From Azolla caroliniana (Eukaryota; Plantae; Polypodiophyta), in the NCBI GenBank assembly GCA_043228905.1, contig JBHGNT010000011.1, positions 13,268,001 through 13,332,000 on the forward strand: DNA of 64,000 nucleotides, in the 5' to 3' direction. Under the pieces are notes generated by a model, which did not search any database, was not told the DNA's origin, and was given only the letters and a program-made list of their open reading frames with translations. How positions within the stretch are numbered: position 1 is the stretch's first letter; each line of letters begins with the position of its first letter. Below, piece after piece: positions 49,750-62,659 of this stretch. Position numbers and translations under genes: made by a program.

Positions 49750-50040
49750 AGTATAATATGTACATCATTCTCTTCTTGTTGCTTTTGCTCTTGAATGGAC
49801 ATTAACTATGAATAATGTGAGTATGCATCACATGTTGCTTAATTCTAGTGTGCAAGAATACATTCAACTCCTCTGTAAATAGAATATTTGGTCTTGAATA
49901 AACCAGTAGTGTATGTTGGAATATTTCCATCATTCTAGAACATTGTTTACCTAACTAAGAAAAATGGAGAACGCTCAAAATTTTGTTTCCATTGGTTTTG
50001 CGTAGTGTCAAGATTCACCAAAATAACCATAACTTCTAAA

Positions 50041-50512
50041 GGTCTTTCAAGATCTGGTGCGACCCCCGGAGGAAGTGATCATGGACATATGGTTTGCGCT
50101 TATCAACTGCCTACGAGGGCAATTGGACAAGGTTTGCAATCATTCCAATGATGTGGTCACTGCATGTTTGCGCTTTTGGCAGAAATGGCGGAACACGCCT
50201 ATGGTGACACAAGGAGGAAGTGGCCCGAGGTGGAACTACCAACCCCCACCCTAGCTGTTTCCGACTCACTTACCACCCTCCCTTCGCTGTCGGCCCCAGG
50301 AGTTGTCTCGTACTAGCCAACACTGAAGGGCACCGTTTTTTAGCTATAGGTACTTACATTAAGTAGTCAGTCCGAAAGGCATTGTAACTAGTCTCCTTTT
50401 CTTAAATTTGATCGGAGGGAGATTCCCCAGTCTATGTATAAGCCTCCTTGTACAGTCTCTTTGTAATAATCCTTCTTAACTAATGGGAAAGTAGCTTTAT
50501 TTTGGAAAAAAA
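50041..50512 (+). mobile_element. Short 3' fragment of an L1-type LINE
   Basis: ORF2 C-terminus (IW...FWQKW...WNYQPP), poly(A), and a ~16-bp TSD AACCATA(A/G)CTTCTAAA. Confidence 0.85.
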
Positions 50513-50939
50513 AACCATAGCTTCTAAAACATATTAATTGATGATTATGCATTATGTAGAAATAAACCAAACATTTCAACCATGTATTTATACACATGAA
50601 TGGTAATAAATACATTGTTGGTAGTTTCCTCTCATAATTAAGTTTGTATTCTATTAGAAAACAAATATAAGGTAACTATCGACTATGTATTTACACACAA
50701 CAATGATAATAATAAGTACATTGCCAATAGTTCTGTCACAATTGAAATATACTTAATTTAATTGGAATATGTTGAGAATGTTTGTTGTTCTATCATAATT
50801 AAGTTTGTATTCGATTAGAAAACAAATATACTGAGTTGTGACAAATATAAAGTAACTATTGACCATGTATTTATACACAACAATGGTAATAATAAGTACA
50901 TCGCCAATAGTTCCCTCACAATTAAAAATGTTGAGAATT

Positions 50940-52264
50940 ATCTAATTGGAATTAAGGGAATGAAAGCAGGATCTAATGAGGCATGCTACTACAAAATAGA
51001 GCATGGAATGGCAATATGTGAGCAACCAGCTTATCAAATTGAAAGGCCGATTAGGTTGATTGCAAAAAATGGAAAGGATATGATGATTGACCCTAAGCCG
51101 AGGGAGATCACACTGACGAAAATGTGTTGGCCAATAGAAGGGCATTCAGGTCAACTATCATAGGACCCAACGATGTATTTTTGGAGAACTCAAGGAGGAA
51201 CTGAAGGTGCAAAGCTAGTTCAGTTTTTTAGGTACAACACGAAAATTGGGAGGCAAATTATTCTAGAACAAGAAAACGGAAATATTGTAACACATAAATT
51301 TTGGATACAGGAGGGCATTAGTTAAAAGTGATTAGGTAAATTCTAGAAAATGATATGGCATGACAGTAGTGACCGCAAGATAATGATGTGCTTATGGCTT
51401 ATTGCGCATAGAGCCTTGCCGGTAGGATCATGGAGTAAAGGCCCCAATGTAGACCCTATATGTAGTGCATGTGGACAACTAGCAAGCATTTCCCACTGTC
51501 AATGGGAATGTCGCGAGGCAACGACTGTATGGGGAAGGGCATTACGTTTGATATGACATGCCTCTAGCTCATTTACCCTCAAATGGGGACATGCTTGCTG
51601 GAACTGTCTTGAGGATGATGTGGAGAAATATGATAACACATGCAAACCAACGTATAAAGGGGAGAATGGAATTGTTCGGCTAATCACTGATAACAAGGTA
51701 CCTGTAGCTATTGTGCATATGCAAAAATTTGGAGATATGGATGTCGTTTGCACCCTTCATCATATGGTGCATATGGACAACAAGGTGTACCTAGGTATTT
51801 TCAACAAACAAACGACGTCCAACTCAAACTATAAAGCTAATATGACACACACTAATAACTACATTGAGGGCACAATAGGAGAGGATTGATGAAACAGATG
51901 ATGCTTTAGAACTAATGAGGCTGAATTTTAGAAAATGTGGGTGTACTACACCGATGGTTGTAGCAAATGGAATGGATATACAATGGCAGTACGTAGTACC
52001 CAGATGCTTGTTCCCCCCTCCCATTAGTTGAAAGAGGGGCGTGAATGATGATATACATAGAGAACATACATGTGGGTTATTGAATGTAGGTGATGTGTAT
52101 GAAAATTTGGCTAGAGACATATGCGAAAGTGTAAGATAAATAAGTGAGATCACTCATGAATGATAAGATAATTTAGGCAAGGACTACCCGATAAAGGGAC
52201 TAAAGTTGTGTAGAAAAGGACATTTTAACTAACGGAATATATTATTTTTTGGCAAGAAGAAGAA
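50940..52264 (+). mobile_element. Degenerate 3' fragment of an L1-type LINE
   Basis: zf-RVT-like WLIAHRALPVG...CSACG...SISHCQWEC and an (AAG)n tail. GAAATATACTTAA repeated at 50744 and 52265. Confidence 0.8.
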
Positions 52265-54627
52265 GAAATATACTTAAGTTTATAGTCATTATTTTGACCT
52301 AATATGTAGGGGGTATATATTCGATCAATGTTTACATGTTGCTTGTGCATATTAGAATGTAGGGGGACGATGAAATTATTGGGATAGAATTAGAAAAAGG
52401 TTGCTCAATAACATTGCCATCTTTGTCTCTTGGTACTTTGAGATGGATAGATTTATAACATCCACAAAAGACCGAGTGAGATATAGGAAAAAATAATGAG
52501 AGAGAGATAGATAGAGAGATAGACTTGATACAAGGTTTTATCTCTACAAATAAAGGAGCAACAATGGATCGATTGGTGTTTACAGCGTTAGACGTTGTTT
52601 TTACGAGTGACGACTAATCTCTTGTATCATTGTTTCGTTGAGTCTCTTCAATGGCTATCATTTAAGGCTAAACAAGAATGGAAAGTACATAACTCTGATT
52701 ATGGATGGTGGCAGATCTTAAAACACGGTAGGCATTCAAAATTGCTAATTGTAACGAAGGTCTTCATTTGGAGTGTTAAGATTGGGGGTTTGCTTTGGGA
52801 TTAGCTCTAAAGCAATGTGGACTAGCAACGGAAAATTTCTTCTTTTGCACAGTTCAAGTGGAACATAGCACTCATCGTTTCATACAACGTGCAATTGCTT
52901 GTCAAATTTAGAGTTACATTTCTCAAATTTGGCAAGTTTTGTCACAATGTTATGTGACGCTAAGACAATGGGTGTTTGCACAATTCACATAAGTCGACCC
53001 AAAACATTGAGGATTCCGTCATAATTGAGATATGTATAATGTTTTTGTATTTGACAGTAGCCACAGAGTCAAAGTATATCTATGAAAGTTGACCATACTC
53101 CATTGTGACACCCATTGAAAGTAGTGTTTTTCACACACATTTATTAATATGAAGGTGTGTCTGTGTCAATGTTTTCACCACATAATCAAACACCCTTCTA
53201 AGATTTGAATCCTATTAGTACCAAGGAGACGATCAAGACCCAACATAGTGAACAACATTTTTAGATTTGAATATGTAAATTCTTTAAACACCTCATACCT
53301 TTTGAGTGTACATCCATGATTCTATGTAGATAATATCATATATTATTAGATTGAGAGGGTAATGTTCAATTCACATGCTTTCTAATGTTGGGTTAAACTA
53401 TGGGTTTCCCCCATATGTGTATAATCCAAAACCTTTAGTTTCAAATTTAATAGTACATATTTTTTACAACTCTTTAAGTTTGATGATAACATCATACATA
53501 TATGTGTGAATTCTTTGGTCAATAATAATGTACCAGTTGCATATCTTCCATATCACATCCATCCCATAACAAGAAAAACAGCATAACTCATGGTTAATCT
53601 ATATTATTTTGACTATATATGATCTTTACAATGTCTAGAACTATGCAACAATTTTCTTGCCCCAGGAAGCATTTTTCTTTACTCCCATAACACATCCATC
53701 TCATATCTTACAATAATAACAATAACATAACTCATGGTTAATCTATATTAATTTGACTATATATGTTTTTGCATGGTGTCTAAGGCTATACAAAATTTTA
53801 GTTGCCTCAAGAATCATTTTTCTTTACTCCGGATGATCTTTGCATGTCATCTAACACATGTAAGTTTGTAACCTCTTCTCTTTTACAAGAAGACCATCCT
53901 AATTCTACTAATATATAATGTTAATTGAGTAATGACATCAAACTTTTAAGTCTTGTCTTGAAGTTTTCAACAAAAGAAAATGTAAACACCAATTTAAGCC
54001 CATGTTTATTACATACATGTGCATGATCACAAATGCTAGATATGTGGTCCTTGTTTTAGCCATGGCAATAAGTTAATGTTGGCATATGATAGAAAACATC
54101 ATACTTTATTCTTAAATACGTAGTGGATTATTCTATGTATTGATGTAGGTTGATTTGATGCCCTAAATTTTAGAGCACATGCTTTGATTGTAGTGCATGC
54201 AGATATATTTTCATCATAAACATCTTTAAATCATGAATCATGAACTTTGTTGACGTAACTACATATGTTTTTAATTTGAAAAATGGATTTTATTAATAGA
54301 GAAAACAAAGGAATGTTTAACCTGATACAAAAGTAATTGTTTAACTTGATATAAAAGTAATGTAAGAAGGCATATGTGCGAAAGTACAAGGTCAAAGCAT
54401 AACTATGAACCATAAAACGACAAACTTAAGATGTCACTAAATTTTTTTACTTTACATGAAATGTTGTGTTACAATAATGTTTGGTCAAAGTATTATTGGA
54501 AGACATATGTATGAAAGCACGATGACAAAACATATAATCTTGAACTGTAAGACCACAAAATTTGAATGACGACAGAATTTTGTGCTTTGCATGAAATGAC
54601 GTGTCATGGTAAAGTTTATGATCCTTA

Positions 54628-55060
54628 TGTTACGGGATGACCATAATTTATCCCATGGTAAGTTGTACTGTAGTATTCTACACACGAGGATGAAGTGTGA
54701 GGGTTAATCAAGGGTGTAAAAAAGGGCGGATTACTTCTAATCCTAGGAACTGAGAGAACCCATAAGGGCCAAGTGTGAACATGCCTGGGGGCCTTAGGTT
54801 TGGCTATAGATATGAGGCCTAGCTACCCTCATTTGACTATGTCGAGACTGTGATCATGTGGTGAACAGACTCTTGTAGTGAGCGCGCTAGTACTAGGTAC
54901 AACTCGATGCCATGGCGGTGGTATGGGATGCCGATCAAGGCCATCTCAATCCCTTCACTCAAGGGTAGTCAGGTGGATCAACACCGTTCTTTCTCTCTTT
55001 TCTTATATATCTATCTAATATTTCCTTGTCTTATTCTTACATTAGGAATGATCTCTAACA
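54628..55060. mobile_element. Solo LTR
   Basis: TGTTA...TAACA termini and TSD CCTTA. Empty site in copy 1 at ~40644. Confidence 0.92.
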
Positions 55061-56508
55061 CCTTATGATCATAATTTAAAGTTGTGACTCGTGAGCGATA
55101 GGCTTGATGCTATGTTCAATGTAACCACCCTATGTAAATCTAGTTTCAAATCCTTGAAATTTGAAAATTTCTCCAAACTAATGGCTTTACCACATTGTCG
55201 TTGCCACTTTTTCCGCACTGCAAGGAGTGAATTTGATAGCATTGGCCTTCAAAAGGGCAAGGTTAAATGTTTTGCAACTTATTTGTTCTAAGTATATATG
55301 CAAAATCCATTCTGCATTGTAGACTCATCCGTCAAATTTTTTTGAAAGGAATAATCTCCTTGGATTCCAATAAAGTCTTGTCTTTCACATACACCACAAA
55401 ACACTCTTGTATACGGAAGGGAGACAAATGGTTCACGTCAAACTAATATGAAAACGTGTTCTATAGATATGGATAGACGTAGTATGGTTGAAATTGTTTG
55501 AAAGAAATGATAAACTCTATTGATGCCAAAAAGTCTTGTTTTTCTTTTGTACAATTTAAAACACTCTTGCATATGAAAGGGGCACATATGATTAGATTCA
55601 TATCAACCTTTTACAATAACACTAAAACATGTTCTATAAGGACAGACAGACCATTAGGGTGACTATGGACAACTTTAACTCCTTCGATATTCCAAAATGT
55701 ACAAGCTCAAACATACAAGTAACCTAGAAATACATTTGCATTTTTATAAGAAGCAAACAAAATGTATTCAATAGTATAACCAATTATGATTTTTACTCTC
55801 ACCCATAAGTTTAACTATAGGAACCATCATCTTCTTAATGCATATAGATTCCAGAAGTCAATGTCCATGTTTACGCATACGATAGATCACGACACTTGAC
55901 CATCATTTCATGAAACATTGATACATGCAATTAGTATATCACAATTATTTAAGAACAACGATGGGAGATTTTTGGGTGGTTGTAATTTGATAATTGAAGT
56001 TTTAGCATATAGTTACAGATCATATGTACGTTTTTTTATTAAGACGTAGAAATAAACCAACGATATATGGAATATTGAAGAATCTCGTGGAAATGAAATA
56101 AACCCACGAGATATGGAATATTGATGAATCTCGTGGAAAGAAAACACAAGAAAAGAGTAGAAAATATCTTGGAAAAGAATAAAGGTCCCTTTTGAAGCAA
56201 TTTTACAAGTTTTGAATCGACATAATGATATTCCTTTTGATCGACCACCATGACTTGGGTTTTTTTTGTTGTTTTGCTTTTGAATGCATGGCACAAACGT
56301 ACAAATTTGAAAATGTAAGGTGATACTGTTATGCATTTATCGCAATATGGTCTCTTTCTTAGAAAGATTTCCTTAGACGAACTAAATATGTTATCTGGAT
56401 GTACGTTTTCACTCACATGTATTTTCAAAATCTCTCTTCCTAGTACAATCGGAAAGCTTTACATCCATGCATTTAAATGTTTTTTTTTGTGAGGTATTCT
56501 AGTTGTTC

Positions 56509-58061
56509 TTTCTTTCTTTCTTTTTTTCCAAAAACAAACTCCTTCCATTAGTTATAAAATTTTACAAATGAGAAGATTATGTAAAAATCCTTGTAGGGAC
56601 GCGATAGTTCCATCTTATGTGGATGCCCACTGACTCAAGAAAGGGAGAGGACGACCATTGTTGGATGAAGGCTATTCGTTGTTTTTCAACTCCATCGGAG
56701 CCGCCCTTGAGGCTATCATATTGGCTCTTTAGAGTGGCTACAATTTCACTCCATATCTATTGCAGTAACCTTGTTGGATGCGCGGTTTGGTTGGAGAAGA
56801 CTCGTCTACACCGTTGTTTCCATAGAATCCAAAGAGTTATTGGGCTGACCAATTCCAACACAACTTGAGATTTGTCACTAAGAGGAGTTGAGTGGACCAA
56901 AGTCATCCCCTCCTCTTGATGCTCGTATCTGCCAACTGTGGTTTACCATGATAGCCAACATATATTTCCCCACTTGATTGAGCCTTGCACCTGGCATAAT
57001 TGCAACAAGCGGCCGACCCCCCGCCGTCTTCAATGGGACGTTGGGCAGTCCCATAGAGCGTGTCGTATTCATTCTACTGCATGTGGGCACTCTACACAAT
57101 TAGGAGAGCTAAGGTTCCCACGTTGCCATGCTCCTACCGGTAGGGACTTATGTATTAATAGCCATTGGAATGTGGTAATTCGCCTCGCGTGTTGTTTTCA
57201 GATTTTCTGCCAAAACTTGGTGATTATTGTGGGAGGAACTTGAAATGTGTGCCAGACCTTCGCAGCAGCCGGCTCTCGGGCGGTTTGAGCAGCTAGAATG
57301 TGGTGACCCAATCTAGTTGTGAACTGGAAGAAAGGGATGGGTTTGCTTCCTTGCCCCTTGTAAGGATCACACCATGTCCATTGCAAAGGGTCCCAACTGA
57401 CCTTATGTAGCCATGTGTTTTCATGAGTACATATGTGCCAATCGGGTCGTACTTTGATCGGATCAAGATCTACAATCCATTTATGACCAGTATACGCGAG
57501 TACTCGAATTACATTATTCAATGTTGGTGTCTTAGTGTCTCGCAATTCATAGTCTTCGAGCCTATCTAGTGGTCCCCTACCTCTCAAGATCAGAGATCCC
57601 TCCTCCTCGTGGCCTATCCATTTCGCCATTATCGTCCTTTGAGTAGTAATTTCCCTAATCAGTAGAGCGTTAATGATTTCTGATCTCATAGTCTTGGCTT
57701 GATCTTGTAGTGGTAGTGACATAAACCGTCGCCAACATTCTATACTTTTTCCTGGACTTTCTGCAATGTATCCCCATGACAACCCCTTACATGATCCCAA
57801 TAGTTGATTAGATTCATCCTTGATACATGGGTTCCATAGAATACGTTGACTGAACCAGGCAGGTTCGGATCTCGGTTGATCACACTTGAGCCCTCGTCTA
57901 ATGTCACACCATGCCTTCCACATGGATGCACTAAATCTATCCTCCAATTGGCAGGATAAACTAGGTTTGAGATCCATGTTTAGAATCCACCCTATTTGGG
58001 GGGCCCAATTGACCCCTTTTCGTGGCCTAAAGTAAGCGAAACATAACCACAATTTTCGTAG
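56509..58061 (-). mobile_element. 5'-truncated L1, same family as 43443-45487
   Basis: High similarity to the 43-45 kb copy. TSD TCTAGTTGTTC (56498-56508, 58062-58072) and a (GAAA)n tail. Confidence 0.9.
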
Positions 58062-59188
58062 TCTAGTTGTTCATAATCAGAAATTTCTTTACGTCAACCA
58101 ATTTTGTGTTTTGCCTTTCAGCATGATAATTTGTTTTCCTTGGGAAAATATTGGTACAACGTGTCAAATTTAGTTGTTGCTCCAAGAGATTGGAATCGTT
58201 TAGAAGATTCAGAAGAGTTTATGTTTGAATGAAGTTCAAAGAGTTCAACTTTAATCACCTGAGTTTGCATAGGTCATACTACATAGAAAGATAAATATAA
58301 TGTACATAAACCACAAAGCATTTAAGGTTCCACTCTAAATTACATTCTTTCACATGATATAGTGCCCTGGCATCATGATAAACCTATGCTTATCTTAAAG
58401 AAAAGCATTATATTTTTTGAAGAAAAAGCCTAACAAGCTTTGCTTACCAAAAAGCATTGGCTAATTACATTTCCTGGACATGTCAACAAGTATCGTTATC
58501 TCATTATCTTCATTTGTTTCCATGAGGACACATATACTTTTTAAGCAAGCAATGTCTCCCATGTGGAAAAGAATATATTTTATTATGGATTTGGATCCTC
58601 GATTTCAACTACACGAGACCCAGGTGGATAAAGGCCGCAGAAGATCTCAAGAGTTTCAATACATTGATAAATAAGCAAATTATTTTAGAAAACAATCTAT
58701 TAATTCTAAAAGAAAAGCCTTTCCAAATAATTTCACATTTAAAACTATACTTTTCTAAAGCTTTTCATTTTGGGGTAATAATACCTAGGGCACAATATAT
58801 TCTTCCCTTTGTACTTTTGCAATTTATAGTCCAGAGGGCCACATTTCAGAAACAACATTTTGTTGGTGAAGTGTTTTAATAGATGCAAGATTCTACAACT
58901 ATACAAAGTTAGATTGGTGTGGGGTTTATTTATGAAGAATGTCATGCATATCTCATATAGAACCGAGTACACTTATAGGTAGTCCACATCCATGTGGCCA
59001 TGTCCCCTCCAACTTATTAGGATACTATATGGAGGTCAATGTCTTTATAAATACTTATGATCTATGTTTTTGCTAGTACCTTAAACCTCACCATGTTCAC
59101 ATAGGGTAATGTGCAACGTAAGAAGCATATAGAAATGTCCCATTTGAAAGAAAACAATTAAGCAATTGTCTAATTAATTGATGCGATT

Positions 59189-60762
59189 TGTTAAGAATTA
59201 GGTAATTAAGCAAGGGTTAATTAGTACCTAATTATATGATTAAGTTAAGCGGAAATTTAAGTGATATGTGTGTGTATGTGTGTGAGAGGAAGAGAGAGAG
59301 AGAGAGAGGAAGTTAACACTTATGAGCAACACAAGATGGGGGATGATTAACTTTATATTTACTTAACATTATTATTATCAAATACAAAACTACCCACAAT
59401 GAGGTATATATACATCTCATGTGCAAAGGTGCACATGCGTGAGTAGAATATAGGTACTAAGGTGCAAGTCCTATATTAAATGTACTTAAGAGTGGAGGAT
59501 CTAGAATATCCCACTTAAGTACAAGGTCCTATTTAAGGCGTTATAGTCAACACTCCTAACTAGATTCTATCTAGGTAACTAGGAAGTTACATGGTTGACT
59601 AACTAACTAAACTAAGTTGAGCTTGATCTCTCAACACGCCCCCTCAAGTTGACTAACTAACTAAACTCCAATCGTTGTGCAAGGCCGCCCAAGCATACTT
59701 GAACCATCTCGCCTTTGTCGACGATTATGTTGATGAAGCCAAGTGAGTCGCAAATGCTCTTGATCTTGGCGGTGTACTCTGACACAGACACATCTTTTTG
59801 TTGAATGTTGTTCAACTCTTGTCGGAGTTGAAGCTTTTGGGCGGCCGTGTTGCCGGCAAATTTTTTCTTTAAGTTCGCCCATGCTTCTTTAGGCGTCTTG
59901 GCATCTCGAATGTGGGTAAGCATGTGGTCGTGGACACATGTTGCCAAGCAATACATGACTCAACTAACCGCTTGCTCCTATGTTGAGTAGTCGACATTCT
60001 TTGAGTCGGGTCGATTTTCTTGTGTGCCGTTGATGTAGCTCCAATACCCTTGGCTGACAAGGTATTGGGTCATCTTGTACTCCCAAGATGAATAATTGCT
60101 CCGGTCTAGCTTTTCACTAAGGAGCGAGGTACCCATTTGTGTGTTCATTTTGATGTAATGTCTTCCTTTTTCGATTTCCTTCGCTTGATCACTTACTCAT
60201 GCTACGTAGCGGCACTACGGTAGCAGATAGCCGGATTTTTTCGTCGGTGTCTCGAACACACAATCACGGAGTCAGGTGTGCTTAGTGGATGTGCTAAACC
60301 ACATGCTCTGATACCATGTTGAGCATTAGGTAATTAAGCAAAGGTTAATTAGTACCTAATTATGTGATTAAGTTAAGCGCAAGATTAAGTGATATGTGTG
60401 TGTATGTGTGTGAGAGGAAGAGAGAGAGAGGAAGTTAACACTTATGAGCAGCACAAGATGGGGGATGATTAACTCTATATTTACTTAGCATTATCATCAT
60501 CAAATACAAAAATACCCACAATGAGGTATATATACATCTCATGTGCATATGTGTGAGTAGAATATAGGTACTAAGGTGTAAGTCCTATATTAAATGTACT
60601 TAGGAGTGGAGGATCTAGAGTATTCCACTTAAGTTTCCACTTAAGTACAAGGTCCTATTTAAGGTGTTATAGTCAACACTCCTAACTAGATTCTATTTAG
60701 GTAACTAGGAAGTTACATGGTTGACTAACTAACTAAACTAAGTTAAGCTTGATCTCTCAACA
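59189..60762 (-). mobile_element. Non-autonomous gag-only Copia derivative (TR-GAG/TRIM-like)
   Basis: LTRs 59189-59636 and 60317-60762, TSD CGATT, iMet PBS at 60305-60316, PPT at ~59637-59648. The 680-bp interior holds only a partial gag. Confidence 0.93.
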
Positions 60763-60853
60763 CGATTAAGCAATAAAAGTAGATCATTTATAGCTTTGGC
60801 AAGTAAATCTTGCTACTTTTTGGCATATCTTGAAATGTATTTGTCACAATATT

Positions 60854-61362
60854 TGTTAGGATTGGAATTGGCCACAATTGATCACTCGTTTGAAAAAACG
60901 AAAACTCAAAGAGGCACAAGATATTTAACGTGGAAAACCTGAATGCGAAAAATCATGTGGAGTCCACAAACTCTGAACCAAATCACTATAAGGGGAGGAA
61001 TACAACAAGAGGATTCAAGGCAATGACCTTGACCTCTTCTTCGTCGACTGGCGGCTACAGAGTTACACACACTCACACACACTCTCTCTCTAGTTACCGT
61101 AGCAACTACCTTCTCTAATTGCACAAATAATGATCAACGACATTACATAAAGTTTTCCCTAGTTGTATTTATACTTATACAATGTTTTTGGCTATTTATA
61201 GATATAGCCCACATGAGGCACATTTAGACCATTTACAAATATAGTCTCCCGAATCTGTTAAATAATTGATTTTGGATTTTCGGCCTCGGACGAATTTCCT
61301 GTCGACTCTCTCTTCGATTTGGCTCGTACACTTCCCATCTAGAGGAACCTGTTTTCCTAGCA
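60854..61362. mobile_element. Solo LTR (Copia-like)
   Basis: TGTTAGGA...TCCTAGCA termini and TSD ATATT. Confidence 0.85.
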
Positions 61363-61739
61363 ATATTGAGGGTTAAAATTTGCAATGGAATATTTAATTT
61401 TGACATTTTAACATCGTACCACGGAACCATCCTTTGTTCCTTTGGTGATCTATCCTCAATGATCACATAACTCATAGAATCACCTAAAAGTCTTGATAGA
61501 TATTTTCATAATGTCACAAAACCGAGCATCTTTGAGCTTCGTACCGTAAAGTAGAATTTATAAAAATGGAGAATGATGAAAAACTTGGATGTGGTTTGGA
61601 TGATGAAACGAATACCATCTCTGAAGCTTTGCATCTAAATATAAATTTACTTGCCCACCCATGTGAAGAAGATGAAGCTGAAGAAGTTCAAAATAAAGGC
61701 ACTATGACCGGGAAGATACAAAAAGAAATGGTCGAAAAA

Positions 61740-62245
61740 GACTCTAACTAAAGGCATTATACATTCGACTCTAACTAACCTCGACTCTGGGTTACATTCA
61801 ACTTTGACTTTTCTTTGACTCTAAGTTACCTTCAACTCCGCATAACTGCTGACTTTGTGTTACGTTCGACTTTGCATAACCATCAACCTTGGGTTACATT
61901 TGACTCTGACAAGTCTTCGACTTTGAGTTACCTTCAACTCTAGGTTACATTAGATTCTGACATCTTCAACTTTGAGTTACCTTTGACTCTAACCTACCTT
62001 CAACTCTGAAAATCTTTCGGCTCTAAAGAGGGTTCGACTCCTACGAGCATATGATTCTAACTAATCTTCGAATCTACAAAGGCGTCAACTCTGACGATCT
62101 TTCGACTCTGAAGAACATTTGAATCTAACAATCCTTCTACTCCAAATAGAGTTTGACTCTTATGATCTCTCGAATTTGGCGAGCCTTCAAGTCTAATGAC
62201 CTTTCGACTAGGAAGATCAGTCGACTCTGTCGATCCTTCGAGTCA
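61740..62245. repeat. Degenerate minisatellite with core TTCGACTCT, ~17-19-bp period
   Basis: Roughly 25-30 variants of the core, seen directly. Confidence 0.8.
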
Positions 62246-62659
62246 CCCATGCTCTTTGGTTCAAGTTCTAGGTGGTCCCGCTCAAGTAGCACACATATGT
62301 GCATAACTTCGTGAAACCGGAGGATGTGCAGGTTTGGTAGGGGTGGATGTGGTGATGTGGGAAATTTTATAGTTGGAAATAAGTTAAACTAGTAATATAA
62401 AAAAAGACTAAATGATAGATTGACAGTGTGGTATGAAGGACAAATAACAAGTCCATTTAAAAACAATCAAACAAATCATATCTCAATGGCTAAGAGCTTG
62501 TACTATGAGTGGGAGAGGAAAAGTAGAGCGTGCAAGTGGAAAAAACCATGGTGCATGCCAAAATAAAAAATTACCACTAATTTTGTTTGTGAGAGAGCGT
62601 CTTGAATCCTATAAAAAGGGATGCAAACTCATTCTGGGCATGTGAAGAAGATGAAGCTT

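Larger units (their letters stand above)
49259..61510. repeat. Copy 2 of the large AT-rich duplicated unit, expanded by insertions
   Basis: Colinear with 38360-45705 once insertions are removed. Confidence 0.85.

Noticed and set aside
61740-62245. CRISPR-like repeat/spacer appearance
   Set aside because: The 9-nt cores are degenerate, the spacers are only 8-10 nt and related to each other, there are no cas genes, and the context is eukaryotic.
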